A DNA stretch of 64,000 bases, from contig OX597826.1 in assembly GCA_951406725.2 (NCBI GenBank), forward strand, positions 19,096,001 to 19,160,000, in the 5' to 3' direction. The notes below the pieces were generated by a model. It saw only the letters and a list, made by a program, of their open reading frames with translations, ran no database searches and had not been told where the DNA came from. Source of the DNA: Octopus vulgaris. Its lineage: Eukaryota. Of the stretch, positions 38,175-51,330 are shown in pieces; position 1 is the first letter of the stretch; the number at the start of each line of letters is the position of its first letter. A program made the translations under genes and the position numbers.

Positions 38175-39239
38175 CACATTGGGACTGGACGAAATAATGG
38201 AAACATCTAGCATCATAGCATCACAATTTTGAAATATCTATAAAACCGTCAAAAGCTTGTTTATTTTTATGTTCTTTGTTTTATTATTAGTGTTGCTTAA
38301 TATGTTTTGCTAAAATTGCTGTTTCTTTTCAAATATCATCAGAAAAAGGTAATTAAAATTCATTAAATTGACATATCTATTGGACTTTCAAAGAGGTCAA
38401 ATTATTGGTGCTCGTATGGCAGGTGCTAGCGTAACGAAAACAGCCGAAATGTTTGGTGTATCAAGAAGTACTGTCTCGAAAGTAATGACTGCCTTGGAAA
38501 AAGAGGGAAAAACATCCTCGTCGAAACAAAACAACGGAAGAAAACCAAAACTTTCAGATAGAGACCGTCGGAGTCTTACGCGAATTGTTAGAAAGGATCA
38601 CAAAAGTACAGCCCCCAGAATTACTGCAGACCTTAATGACTACCTCAAGAACCCACTTTCCAGAAAAACTATTCACCGGGAGCTGCACAAAACTCAATTT
38701 CACGGGAGGGCTTCAATCAGAAAACCACTTCTTTCAAAAATAAATATTGCAAAGCGTTTAGGGTGGTGTAAAAACCTACTGAATTGGTCCCTAGTGCAGT
38801 GGAAGAATGTTATTTTCTCGGACGAGTCATCCTTTACCTTATTTCCGACTACCGGCCGAGTATACGAGTGGAGACAGCCAAAAGAAGCATTTGACCCAGA
38901 CTGCCTTCTTCCAACTGTTAAACATGGAGGAGGATTTGTGATGATCTGGAGGGGTTATATCTTGGAAATCCACCGGCCCAATGGTTTCCCTTAATAGCAG
39001 AATTAATAGTCAAGACTATTTAAGCATTTTATCTGATCAAATTCATCCTATGGTTGTGGAACTGTTTCCGGAGGGATACGCAATCTTTCTATTGAAGTTG
39101 AACATCTTATCTGGCCGCTACAGTTCCCAGATCTTAATATTACTGAACATTTATGGTGCATTTTAGAAAAACAAGCAAGGAGTCCATATGATCCACCATC
39201 ATCACTACAATAACTGGAGACTGTTTTAGCTGAAGAATG

Positions 39240-39243
<4 letters not shown>
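38175..39243 (+). mobile_element. Tc1-like transposon, frameshifted and 3'-truncated at (TA)n
   Basis: ORF 38368-38994: paired-like HTH, GRKPKL, WKNVIFSDES, TVKHGGG; later [15 protein letters not shown] (WPxQSPDLNPIEHLW). Confidence 0.95.
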
Positions 39244-39302
<59 letters not shown>

Positions 39303-39321
39303 CATATATATATATATATAC

Positions 39322-39370
<49 letters not shown>

Positions 39371-39455
39371 TATACATATATATACACATACATATATACA
39401 TATATATACATATATATACACATACATATATACATATATATACATATATATACAC

Positions 39456-39511
<56 letters not shown>

Positions 39512-40102
39512 TGATATATTGAAAAATTCCGTGACCTCTCCAATGAATTTTCCTTTCCTCCTTTGATTTTCCTAATGTCCTCCTTTCCGATGAATTGTTC
39601 CAACCACTTTCACTGATTTATTTCCTATGATTTGTCTTTTCCTTTTTACCGCGATCTTTGACTTCTGACTTTGTATTCTGAAGCTTTTTTTTTTTTTTCG
39701 TTTCTGTGACTTTATTTCCGTTCACCTATATACACCCCAACAATATAAATATATACACCTACTTTGTAAACAGAGACACCCAAAAAAAAAAAAAAAAAAG
39801 AAGAAAGAACACGGAAACAACCTGGAAAATGCCTGTTTTCAATCGTACAAAAACATGGCAGACGCGCGTGCGTATATAGATGCATTGTAGATATGGTCGT
39901 GTTAAGTGGGTGTATGTGTGTGCGTAAGCATTTATGGTTAATGCTTGCTTCGATACGACATGAACAGTATAATTGCTAGGTGAGCTATCACTAAGCCTGA
40001 GTGCAGGACAAACATAATTCAAACCGCATTAAATGTTGATTGACGTTCATTTAAAAATTCATTTTACTACAACCTGATTTCTTTTTGGTGGGAGGAATCT
40101 TC

Positions 40103-40480
40103 GGATCTTTTCGGCAGTTTTTAGCATAATTTCTAGGTAACTAAAAAATTTTAAACTTCGTATACTGGTAGAATGTGTTTATAAAACATCTTTTTCTCTT
40201 GGCTTTATAGAGAAAATTCTATAGTTTGTAAGATAGTTCTTGTTTTTTCCTTCAATTTCTGCAATTTCAACCAATCAATGCCGTCCATTGAGGTAAAAAA
40301 ACATTCTGTGCCGTATGAATATGTCCCTCGTTTAAGAAAGAGATTGGGTTTATTTACATTTGTGAAGAATAAAAGATACCCCTCCCCCACCCCACCCCTA
40401 ACCCTAACCCTAAAACAGATTGAAATGCAATAGATCGATACTAGGGTCATAATTATGGGTGACAATTTCATATGACACCG
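40103..40480 (+). mobile_element. GGATC-terminated MITE (left part) with CCCTAA units
   Basis: Starts GGATCTTTTC; related to 1-468; CCCTAACCCTAACCCTAA at about 40396-40413. Confidence 0.65.
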
Positions 40481-40774
40481 TTGCAACATTTAAGTGCAAA
40501 TTCCAGCGAGCCGTTCGTCTCTCCGAGGGCGATAAAATAGAATACCAGTTAATTACTGGAGTAAGAATAATCGACGAAAACCGACCTTCAAATATCAGGT
40601 TCTCTCTCTGTCCATGTAACAAATTATAATTATATTTTATTTTAATTTTTTTTAATGTGAATACTGTAGAGACAATGAAATTTCCAATGACCTCTATAAA
40701 GTTCTTATCTACAAATGTATTCAGTTATAATGGGTGCGTGTCTAAATTTGTGCGCGTGTGTATATATAGAAATA

Positions 40775-40817
<43 letters not shown>

Positions 40818-41240
40818 GGGGGAAAGAGAAGGAGAGAGAGAAAGAGACAGACAGAGACAGACGGATAGAGAGACAAAGAGAGACAGACAGGCAGACAGAG
40901 CAAGTTTACTTTTCCGTTAAAGTAGGATCTACAAAAAGTATTCCATCCGCTGAGAGTTAAATAGCGTTTTATGTACACAGTATATAGTTACGAGATACTA
41001 ATATTGTTGTACGTTGGAGACGTGTTCTAGGCACCGAATGTCTCCAAACATTCTCTAGGCTATGGGCACACCGTCTATAAATGTTACATATTACGACAAT
41101 AAAGCAAGATTGCAACTTGCATTGTAACTTGTATAGATCATGTGCACAGAGCCCAAGATTGCTTCGAAACACTGAGCGTGTTATTAAAACCTGCCTAGTA
41201 ACTCATAATTATATATATATATATATATAGTGTGTGTGTG

Positions 41241-42070
41241 TGTGGTCTTATCAATTAATTTCCGGACTGTTGCCATAGTAACGAAGCTAAAGCGCGCAGA
41301 GTGAAGCTGCTTGGCATAGCTTGACCTTGAACACTGTTGTGCATGCACACTACGTTTTAGCGCTCTAGCTCACTTCCGTTCTTGACAGCAGTGCTTGGAA
41401 GGAAGGTGTGTAGCGTGTGATTGTCACATTGACCATGACAGTGAAAGTTGAACAGAGAATTTGCATCAAATTTTACCAAAAGCTTAGCGATATATGCTCA
41501 GAGGCCTACGCAAAGTTTTCAAAAAGTTTTCATCATTCTCGATACAATCAAGGAGATCTTGGGCAACTGAAACCCGAGTGTCTTTTTGATCAGCTGAAAG
41601 TAGTTTTGGCACAAACTTGGCAGACACGCATCAGTGATTATGGACTAAAGTGAACTGTAACTAATCTGCACATCCTCTGATAACTCATGGATGGTGATTC
41701 AACGATTTCCCCTCAGAGCTGCACGTCCATCTGCGATGTTTTTCTCAGTTCTGCTGGTTGCTGGTCTTCCAGAACGTTCGTCACTGTCGATATTTTTTCA
41801 GCTCATACACTCATCTCCATACACTTTCTGCAACTTTGCGTAGGCCTCTGAGCAGGTATTGCCAAGCTTTTGGCAAAATTTGATGCAGATTCATGGTCAA
41901 TGCCACGATCACGCACTAAACACGTTCCTTCCAAGCACTTCTGTAAACAACAGAAGTGAGCTAGAGCGTTAAAATCTAATGCGCCAAACAACTTTTGCCA
42001 AGCGGCTTCACGCTGCGTGCTTCAGCTTCATTACTATGGCAACAGTGCAAATACTTACTGATCAGGCCTC

Positions 42071-42072
<2 letters not shown>
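41241..42072. mobile_element. Fold-back mariner derivative made of two 5' ends
   Basis: Both ends read inward into the transposase N-terminus (EQRICIKFYQKL on +; ICIKFCQKLG...ERSGRP on -); long imperfect TIRs. Confidence 0.85.
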
Positions 42073-42123
<51 letters not shown>

Positions 42124-42124
42124 A

Positions 42125-42607
<483 letters not shown>

Positions 42608-42849
42608 AAAGATATGACCAGTTTAGGTGAAGGTAACCCAAACTGAGTGCTCCAGTAAATAATCGATACGACGATACAATAGCTAGGATATCCCAGAAAC
42701 AGTTTTGTATTATTTTACAATGTTCAGATAAAGTTAGACATGTTTCGACCAAAGAGTAAGCCAGGCCATATATAACTTCATAGCACCACCAGGTAGGATT
42801 TGCTAAATCATTTTAAAGTCAAGTTTTCTGGTATCCTGGCCTATTCGAG

Positions 42850-43866
42850 TAGAGCGTTCTTGTTGAGTGAGTTGTATCCATTACTAACAGCTTTCCTAGC
42901 GCCACAGTAGCAAACCCGACAGTCCGTATATCAGCAGAAACAGATCCAGTGCCACCGCCAGCAATAATGGCTGTAATAGCAATAATGGCAACAGCAGTAA
43001 TGGCAGTGGCCCTTGCGGAAACACCAGGAAAACCGCTGCAAATGACATCTCTAGCAGCAATGGCAACTCTTCCACCCATGACGAGGGCCACAATAACAGC
43101 AGCACCTTCATCATCACCGGCAGGGACGGTACCATTACCACCGCCCCCATCTCCACCTCCAGCGACGCCAACACCAGCAGTTCCAGCTCCAACAACAATG
43201 ATGACAGCGGCAACAACAACAGCAATAACACTCGGCAGATACAGCCACAACTCCGACAACACACGCCCACGGAGATACATTGAATGTTCCGGAAAGTCGT
43301 TCAAGCAACGTCTATCCAGCCACGAATCTACCTTCAGAGTTTCGGAAAGGAGATACGTAACATCGTTAGCCAGCCATGTATGGCAACTGAGAAACGATGG
43401 GATTCCATACTCCATCTCATGAAAAATTCCCAAGAAACCAGGCCCCTACATCAACGGGACAAATGATGTAAATTATGCATAGCTGAACGGGCGAGAATCC
43501 TGAAGGACTCCTTCGAACCAGGGAACATTCTTAACTCCAGAACGGAGATTTTCCAGCCATGTTTATATTTCAGGGGGTTCTTGCTAGCCTTCTGGAATCC
43601 ACAAATGACAGTACAGCCAGAAGTCGATATCGAAAGCCAAGGGAAATAATCTGCATTGCTACCTTTGAGTAGTGAGGCATTTCCTCCTTTATATTTTAAA
43701 GAGGTCTTGAACCAACAGGTTTTGGAATCTGACGATATGTCATAAAGTTAAACCCTTTATGGACAGGAAACCTAAGATAATCCAATAAACCGCCCTCTCC
43801 ATTTTTAATATATATAGCTCTATCTCTTACAGTGTGCTTCTTTCGGATTTAGTTTTTTTTTTACAG

Positions 43867-43870
<4 letters not shown>
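42850..43870 (+). mobile_element. 5'-truncated Penelope-like element (Naiad-type GIY-YIG plus pLTR)
   Basis: YIECSGKSFKQRLSSH..TSLASHVWQL..IS*KI..PYING /frameshift/ CKLCIAERARIL..ILNSRTEIFQPC; stop near 43649; HHR-like motif downstream; ends at (TA)n. Confidence 0.85.
43722..43785 (+). ncRNA. Hammerhead-like motif in a Penelope pLTR
   Basis: TTGGAAT-CTGACGA-ta-TGTC-ATAAAG..CTTTAT-g-GACA-g-GAAAC-ctaag-ATA-ATCCAA. Confidence 0.65.
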
Positions 43871-43902
<32 letters not shown>

Positions 43903-44253
43903 TCTGTGTATATATAGAACGGGATAAGAGAACGGGAAATTATGCAGTGAACGTCATACACACATATATGTATGTGTGTTCATATGTGTGTGTGTATACA
44001 CGCATGTGTGTATGCGATTTTGAGTTTGAGGTTTTACAACTTATGTTGGATTATTTACGCCCCAAGTAACTTAATAGTTCAGAAAAAAAAAGTAACTTAA
44101 TGGTTCAGAAAAAAAAAAAGAGATCAATTTAATAAGTTTCACTAAACCCTTTAAGTTTGAAGTTCAATGACTGAAACAAAATAAGATAATAAAAGAATAT
44201 ATTTGTATGTATGTATGTATGTATGTATGCATGGATGGATGGATGGATGGATG

Positions 44254-44805
44254 AGATCTAGATCTTTTTTTTTTTTTTTCATTCGCAAAATATGCCTTTT
44301 TTAAAAGGAAGTAAAACATCTGAAAATCAGCTATAATAATGTAGCCTTCGAGTCTCATCGCTTTGAAGGTATGATGTCGTGGAGAAAAAAAATGGAGAAA
44401 AAAGATACAGAGGTTTAAAAATCGAAAAAAACTGTATTTTTAGCCAATAGTGTGACAGAAATTTTCTGCGTTTAGCAGAACGAGGTTGTACCCAGTGAAA
44501 TTTATAGTTTAGCGCCTGACCTGTTGATTGTAGGTTTGTAAATAAACAGAAATAGCTAATAAAATCAACATTTATCATCTTACTGTTTCTTTTGTCTCTT
44601 CATTGATTGTATGTTTTTATCGTTAATTTTATTTGTTTTATTAATATATTTGTCTGCATGTGTTTGCTTTATGTATACTTCAGTATTATGTATATCTGCC
44701 ATGTATTTATGTACACCAATAATATAAAAGTTCGTGTGCGTGTGTTTGTGCATGAATGTGTGTGTGTTTGTGTGCGAATATGTATGTGTGTGTGTGTGAA
44801 TGTGC

Positions 44806-44841
<36 letters not shown>

Positions 44842-45528
44842 GAAGGGCGTCTGTCTCTAAAACTCAAAATTTGAGCAACGTTTTCATGCTTGGATTTGTA
44901 AACAACGATAAGAATAATACTGGTCAATAAAGAATTTATCCCAAGGAAAAGAACATTTGTATCTTATATGTTTCTGCATGCAGAATTCAAAAATAATGTC
45001 AAATTATCTGTATCACCCACGGTTTCTCTGTTCTACGATATCCCTCTCAGTTACTGTTACGTGGGCTAAATTTCCATTAAGCTGTTGAAATGTGAAGCTA
45101 ACGGTTTAAGAAATACTCCTAATTTAAATTTTTATGAACAGAATAAACCTAGTGAAATCATAAATCCAGCTATCTGAGTCAATGAGTCCCAAAAGTGTAT
45201 GAAATGAAAACTATGTAAAAATACTAACTCACAGAAAAAGCACGTGGGAAAAATCAACATAGACACCAGCGGCACAGATAACAGTGAACCACTACACAGC
45301 GTGCGGTTGTCATGGTAACAAGCTGCTAACGCCACGTTGTCTGTTGATTGGCCAAAATTACTCAAATTTCCCAACTTTAATTCCAAATAACATCAGATTC
45401 TTTAATTTACAAGATAAAGTAATTGGTTGATCGTAATCAAAATTCAGAGTTGCATCGATACAGCAAACCTGAAAGCAATCTGAGCAAAATTAAAGGGGCT
45501 CATTTTGCGAATGAGAAAGACTAGATCC
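44254..45528 (+). mobile_element. GGATC-terminated MITE, full length (about 1.3 kb)
   Basis: TIR core TTCATTCGCAAAAT / ATTTTGCGAATGAGAAAGACTAGATCC; colinear with 53940-55288. Confidence 0.9.
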
Positions 45529-46084
45529 TATGTATGTATGTATGTATGTATGTATGTATGTATGTATGTATGTATGTATGTATGTATGTATGTATGTATG
45601 TATGTATGTATGTGAGCGTGTACGTATATGTGCGTGGGCGTGTGTGTGTATGTATGTATGTATGTGTATGCATGTTTATGTAAATAGCCTTCGCCGCACA
45701 CTTGGCTGTTTTGAAGCTGCATGTCATCTTCACTAGAAGGAGTGGTCAGTTTGCCATGGGGACTTGTCAAACTGGAACTTATGGTCGCCAAGTGTCTGAA
45801 AGGACACAAACCTCTGTAAAAGTCATTAGCTTACCTCCCACTAACAAGATCATATGATACTTTTGATTTCGTTTGAATAGTTTTTCTTTTTATTTCATTT
45901 GTTTTGTTTTTCTTAACGAGATATGAGCCACACACAAAACGCATGTACACAAAGCGGAATTCACTCTTTATCGCTTCACCACGAAAGCAGAGAATGTCTA
46001 TGATGTTTTATTTCTTTTCTGTGTTTCTTTTTCATTCTTTTTTTTTTTTTTTACCATTGCTATTATAAATATTATTATTATTGA

Positions 46085-46489
46085 TGGACGTGCCTCCCTC
46101 TAGCGTGTTTATCAAAAGGTAGCCAACAGAGTCAAGACTAGTGAGACTAGATGGAGCAACTCTGAGGATGCCTTTCTAAGCAGGCGGAAAGAAACTGGAA
46201 GAGGACACTTTCCTATGCCTTGGAGATGGCAGAGGAATCCGGAATTTTTGTGTGGGGTTTACCCCGAATTATCCTAAGTGGACTACCCCGCTACCGAGGA
46301 TTCTATTTATTTATTTATTATTTATTTTTCTACTTTCTTTTATATATTCTCTGTTATATCCTTTAATGTGGCAGTCTCTCCCCTTGACTGATTTTAACAT
46401 GTTTTTGCTTTTGTAATTTTTTTCTTGTGCTGTAACTCGTCTTTCGATATTGTCCTCCATGTATTGGCCACAAGTGCCCAATAAAAGAA

Positions 46490-46492
<3 letters not shown>
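46085..46492 (+). mobile_element. Probable LINE 3' end related to 24853-25696
   Basis: T-rich UTR ending TTGTCCTCCATGTATTGGCCACAAGTGCCCAATAAAAGAAATT. Confidence 0.5.
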
Positions 46493-46520
<28 letters not shown>

Positions 46521-46521
<1 letters not shown>

Positions 46522-47535
46522 GGTTTAGCTCAGGTCCGGTCCAACTCCTGGTAGGGTTTATGTGGGTAGCGCGGTACTACCTGTAACCTTAGGTATCCAC
46601 GAGTCTTCAGCAGTCTTTCAAGTGCTTAGAACCCTCTTGATAATCCTTGCTGTACGAGCTCTACCGGGCATTCTATTTCAATCTCCCCCAGCCATTTGTC
46701 TATATCTTGGCTTACTGTTTCCAACACACCAATTATTATAGGCACGACCCTTACTGTTCACATGCTCCAAATTCTTCTTATTTCAAATTTTAAGAGATTG
46801 TATTTTTGGGGATCCTCATTCTTTATGATCCTGGAATCAGACGAGCATGATGGGTTGATAAGTAAGCTACTTCGCTTTCCCTCATCTATAATTGCTATAT
46901 CCGGTCTATTATTTTCTAACTTCTTGTCCGTTTGAACAGGAAAGTCCCTCAAAATTTTACATCTCTCTGACTCCAGTACTCTTCCGACTCAGTGATTGAA
47001 CCATGTATTTCCAGTTTCAAATACCCGTTTCTGGCACTTTTTCGAACCTGGTTGTGCCTCTATTGCTTATATTCTTCCTGTGCCAACGTGGAGCATTCTT
47101 CCACAATGTGTGCCACCATCTCGTTTCAAGTTTCACAGACTCTACATTTTTCTAACACATTCTCTCCATATATATTTTTTCTCAAGTTGTTTTTATCGTT
47201 TGATCATGGATTGCTAAAATTAGATTCTCTATTTCTTTTTTTGATTGCCCCTATTTTAACCAAGCCCAGGATTTTGTTCCAGATACGTCTTCAGTGGTTC
47301 TCCAAAATTGGCCATGTAGGTGTTTCTCTCTAGTCTGTCTGATGTGCTCTCTTTCTATTCCATTCTTGTCCTTTTCTCCTTCTGGCTTTTTCTTTCTATC
47401 TTTACACATTCTTCTATGGCTATTAAGCCGCTTTCATCCTAGTCTCTCCTCAAGTACAGCCTGTTGATATCAACTTTCGGATTGTGTGCCCCATACATTG
47501 TCGACAACTTCCTAGTTTTTCAGTCAAGTTTCTTT
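46521..47535 (-). mobile_element. Dong/R4-like LINE copy A (RLE domain)
   Basis: DFPVQTDKKLENNRPDIAIID...KYNLLKFEIRRIW; 3' end at (TTA)n. Confidence 0.88.
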
Positions 47536-47564
47536 TATTATTGTTATTATTATTCGGTAATCTT

Positions 47565-48570
47565 ATTTTTATCACGTGCTTTCACTGCAATACCGAGCGC
47601 AGCTCTGTGTGCCTTGGATATGTGCTGTGGCGTTCTTATTTTCACTGTATTGAAAGTGTTTTACTTAGGATCTCCGCGGTGCCTAGTGGTGCTATTTTCT
47701 GTATGTTATACTTGTCTGATGTTTTCGTTATGTATTTATCTGAATGTTTTTTTTTTATTATACCTAAAGCGCCACCTATTATGACCAGAACTGTTTCTGT
47801 TTTTTGGCTCCACATCTGGGTTACTTCTACTTCCAGAACTTTATATTTTGACAGTTTCTCCGTTTCTTTTAGAGAAACATTGTCATCTGTTGGTATTACT
47901 ATATTACTACATCGATTAGAAAGCATTTTCTTTTCTTGGTGATCTCTGACAACTATACCCGGCCTATTGGTCATAATTTCTCTATCTGTGTGTATTGGCA
48001 TATCCCAGAGTATGGTTGCTTTCTCACTTTCTGTGACCTTTTCTGGTGTGTGCCTATACCATCTTTTTTTCTGTTGTCATTCCATGGTCTTGGTATAGCT
48101 TCCAGTGTATATAGGTCCCAACTCTGTCGTGTCTGTGATACATTCCTTCTTAGCCAGGACTGGTCAGCCAGAGGCAATATGAAGTTACTTGTATTTCTTT
48201 TCATCACCTGGTTTTGGTGATTTCTGGTGGGAAAGCTTTGATCTTGTGCTGCAATTTAAAATCCTTCAGTCTCTGCTTTGAGTTCTGAGCTTCTCAGCAA
48301 TTGTTGGAATTTTGCTCTATCTATTTCTTTTCTGTTTAGTTTAATCCACTATTTGCCATCGTTTCATCATAATTCGTTGCTGCTCCAATTTTTAGTTTGG
48401 ATTTCATTTGTTTTACAGCTTTTGTTGTTTCTCCTTTTTCTTCGTAGTTGTTATGTACTATGGCTTCTTTTTTGTATTTGTCAGCTTCGTTAAAGACTGA
48501 AAACAGATTTTTTGTTTTGGTCGTGCTTGTGGCTATTTGTATTAGTTTTCCTTACTTCTGAAGTTGGTAT
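47565..48570 (-). mobile_element. Dong/R4-like LINE copy B (second subfamily)
   Basis: MPIHTDREIMTNRPGIVVRD...KETEKLSKYKVLEVEVTQMW...GALG; upstream ETEGF.IAAQDQS. Confidence 0.9.
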
Positions 48571-48571
48571 T

Positions 48572-48945
48572 ATTATTACCTCTGTCTTAGCGAAGGCGGA
48601 GGTATTGTTTTCAGTCGTGTTTGCTTGTCCGTGGACAAGGTATCTCAAGAACCACTGGATGGATTCGGATGGAACTTTCGGGGATGTTTGACCTCGTTAC
48701 TGGCACGAACTGATTAGATTTCGGGATCGATCAAGTTTCTTTTATTATCGTGCTTTCACTGCACTACCGAAGTCAACTCTGTGTGCCTTGGGTATGTACT
48801 GTAGTGTTCTTATTTTCACTGTTTTCTCGTTTGTGAGGGCAGTCGAGTTTATTTCAGATATTCTCGTTTTAAAAATCATCTCTGGCTAATCGCTGAGAGG
48901 ACGTTGGTATTGCGTTGGCGGAGGTTTGCGGTCTCTCAGTGCTCT
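48572..48945 (+). mobile_element. Helentron-associated (HINE/DINE-1-like) element, interrupted by a Dong 3' UTR at 48740-48823
   Basis: 5' ATTACCTCTGTC..GGCGGAGGT hairpin; 3' GGCGGAGGT subterminal repeat followed by a short stem-loop. Confidence 0.7.
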
Positions 48946-48986
<41 letters not shown>

Positions 48987-49011
48987 TTATTATTATTATT
49001 GTTATTATTAT

Positions 49012-49410
49012 TCTATGTTTGACTTTTGCTTTATGTCTGTACAAGTTGGCTCCAAGTCTCACCCAGAGACCTCAAGAGACAACAGGTTGGAAGTTCACAT
49101 TGTTGTTATGCTTAGTGTGCCATATATTTGGGGGGGGGGGTTGGTGTTGTACTAGTGAATGTCTAATAAATAAATAAATAAAAATGTTTGTTTTAAACCT
49201 TGAGATTACATAGAGAGTATTTTGCGTAGGATATGAGCAGTTCCCATGAGCACTATCTTTTGAATTTCTGCCATTTTGGGGTTTCCTGGTATCTGAGTTA
49301 GGTAGCAATCAGCCCCTTTCGCTATCATTTCCAGGGCACCTATGACAACAGGTATTGTTTTAGTCTTCAGGTTCCACATTTTGCTGATTTCTATTTCAAG
49401 ATCTTTATAT
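49012..49410 (-). mobile_element. Dong/R4-like LINE copy C (third subfamily, 3' end)
   Basis: YKDLEIEISKMWNLKTKTIPVVIGAL...IQKIVLMGTAHILRKILSM*. Confidence 0.88.
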
Positions 49411-49433
49411 CATTATTATCATCATCATCATCA

Positions 49434-49467
<34 letters not shown>

Positions 49468-49485
49468 TACTACTACTACTATTAC

Positions 49486-51330
49486 AGAAACAACGTTCAG
49501 GTTTGGTCTTATTCCTGGTTGGATTTATGCGAGTAGCCTTAAGTATCCTCATGTTTTCGTCAGGCTTTCAAGTGCTTAGAATCCTCCTGGTAATCTTCAA
49601 TGCCCCTAAGAGTCTAACTTTCAGTAGGAGCTCTACCGGGCATTCTATTTCAATCTCCTCCAGCAATTTGTTTACCAATTATTATAGGCACAACCTTTAC
49701 TGTTCGCATGCTCCAAATTCTTCCTATTTCAAAATTTAAGGGATTATATTTACTTTGTCTTTCGGTCTCTTTCTCTACGATCCTGGAATCAAACGGGCAT
49801 GATGGGTCGATAAGTAAGCAACTTCGCTTTTCCTATGATTGTAGTATCCGGTCTATTATTTGCTTGTCCGCTTGAATAGGAAAAGTCCCACAAAATCTTA
49901 CATTTCTCCGTCTCTTGTACTCTTTTGACTCGATGATTGTACCATGTGTTTCCAGATTCAAATTCCCATTTCTGGCAAAGTTTCCATTGTAAAACTTTTA
50001 CAACCTAAATCGTGCCTCCATTTCTTATATTTTTCCTGTGCCAACGTGGGGCATTCTTCCATAATGTGTGTCGCTGTCTTGTTCCAAGTTCCACATTTTT
50101 CTGACACATTCTCTCCATATATATATATATATTTTTTCTCAAGATGTTTGTTTTTATCGCTTGGTCTTGGGCTGTTACAATTAGGCTCCCTATTTCTGTT
50201 TTTTAATTGCCCCATTTTTTAACTGAGCCCAGGATTTTGTTCCACATACGTCTTCAGTGGTTCTCTAAAACTGACCATGCAGAGGTTTCTCTCTAATCTT
50301 TCATTTTTGTTATTTTCTCTTATTACGCGCTTCATCACATGTTCATTTTTAACTGCCTTTAGTAGTCTTTCTGTGCTGCTCTGCTAGGCCTTTTCTTTCC
50401 ATCAGAACACATTCTTCTACTGCAGTTAAACCTCTTTCACCCTGGTCTCTCCTCAAATACAGCCGGTTGATATCAGCTTTCGGACGTTGGGCTCCATACA
50501 TCGTCAACAACTTCCTAGTTTTTCTGTCAAGTTTCTTTACATCGTTTCTGGTCCATTCTATTATTGCAACTCCATATCTGATTAAGGGTACTGCTCTTGA
50601 ACTTATTGCTTCAATAAGATTTTTTGAATTCAGTTTTGATTGCAATAATTTTCTCACTTTCTGTATTCCCTATTGGTAATTTAATTTCATTTCTTCATTT
50701 TTCATCCCATCTGCTTCAAGTATTCACAAGTACTTATACCATTGTCCTTTCTCAACCGCTCTCATTGTTTTGACCATTTTACATTTCAATTCCCTGGCTT
50801 CTTTCAAATCTTTCTCATTTCATTTTCAATATAGTGCACTTTTCTATCCCAAATTCCATACTCATGTCATTTGAGAAAATGTGAGTAGTATGTACATGAC
50901 TTTTAAGCTGTTTCTCATTTTCGCATAAACCTTTATATCACCCATGAAAAGATGATTTTATTTGACCATTTCCTTTTCCCAAATCGTAAGCAATTTTAAC
51001 TTTTCGTTGATTCATAGTAAGCGGTGTCATGGCCAGTACGACTTGCAATCGATATAAGCTCTCACTTTAGAATATCCCACGCCTGATGTTCACTTTTCTG
51101 AGTTTTTGTTTTCTTCCGATCAATTCAGTATTCCAATGTTTCATACTTTCATTAGACATTTTCTCCATGTTTTTTGCTATTCCAAACATGTTCATTGCTT
51201 TACTTATCTAACTGCGTGGTACCATTTGATATGCTTTTTTGTAATCTAGCCATGCTAAATTCAGTCCCGCTAATCTGCGTCTACAAGTTCTAATTATCAT
51301 TTTATCAACTAATAAGTGATCTTTTTTTGC
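49486..51330 (-). mobile_element. Dong/R4-like LINE copy D (RT plus RLE, degraded)
   Basis: KDHLLVDK...LAWLDYKKAY, SKLNSKNLIEAI...LDRKTRKLLT...RLYL, ETATHIMEEC; same subfamily as copy A. Confidence 0.92.

Noticed and set aside
42819-43433. Host mucin-like or membrane protein gene
   Set aside because: Low-complexity segment continuous with a PLE endonuclease remnant; the minus ORFs are antisense shadows.
43420-43466. Selenocysteine UGA recoding, as known for some Naiad elements
   Set aside because: One TGA is at a conserved Trp position and the other precedes the CxxC beside a frameshift. The cysteines are TGT/TGC, so decay is the simpler explanation.
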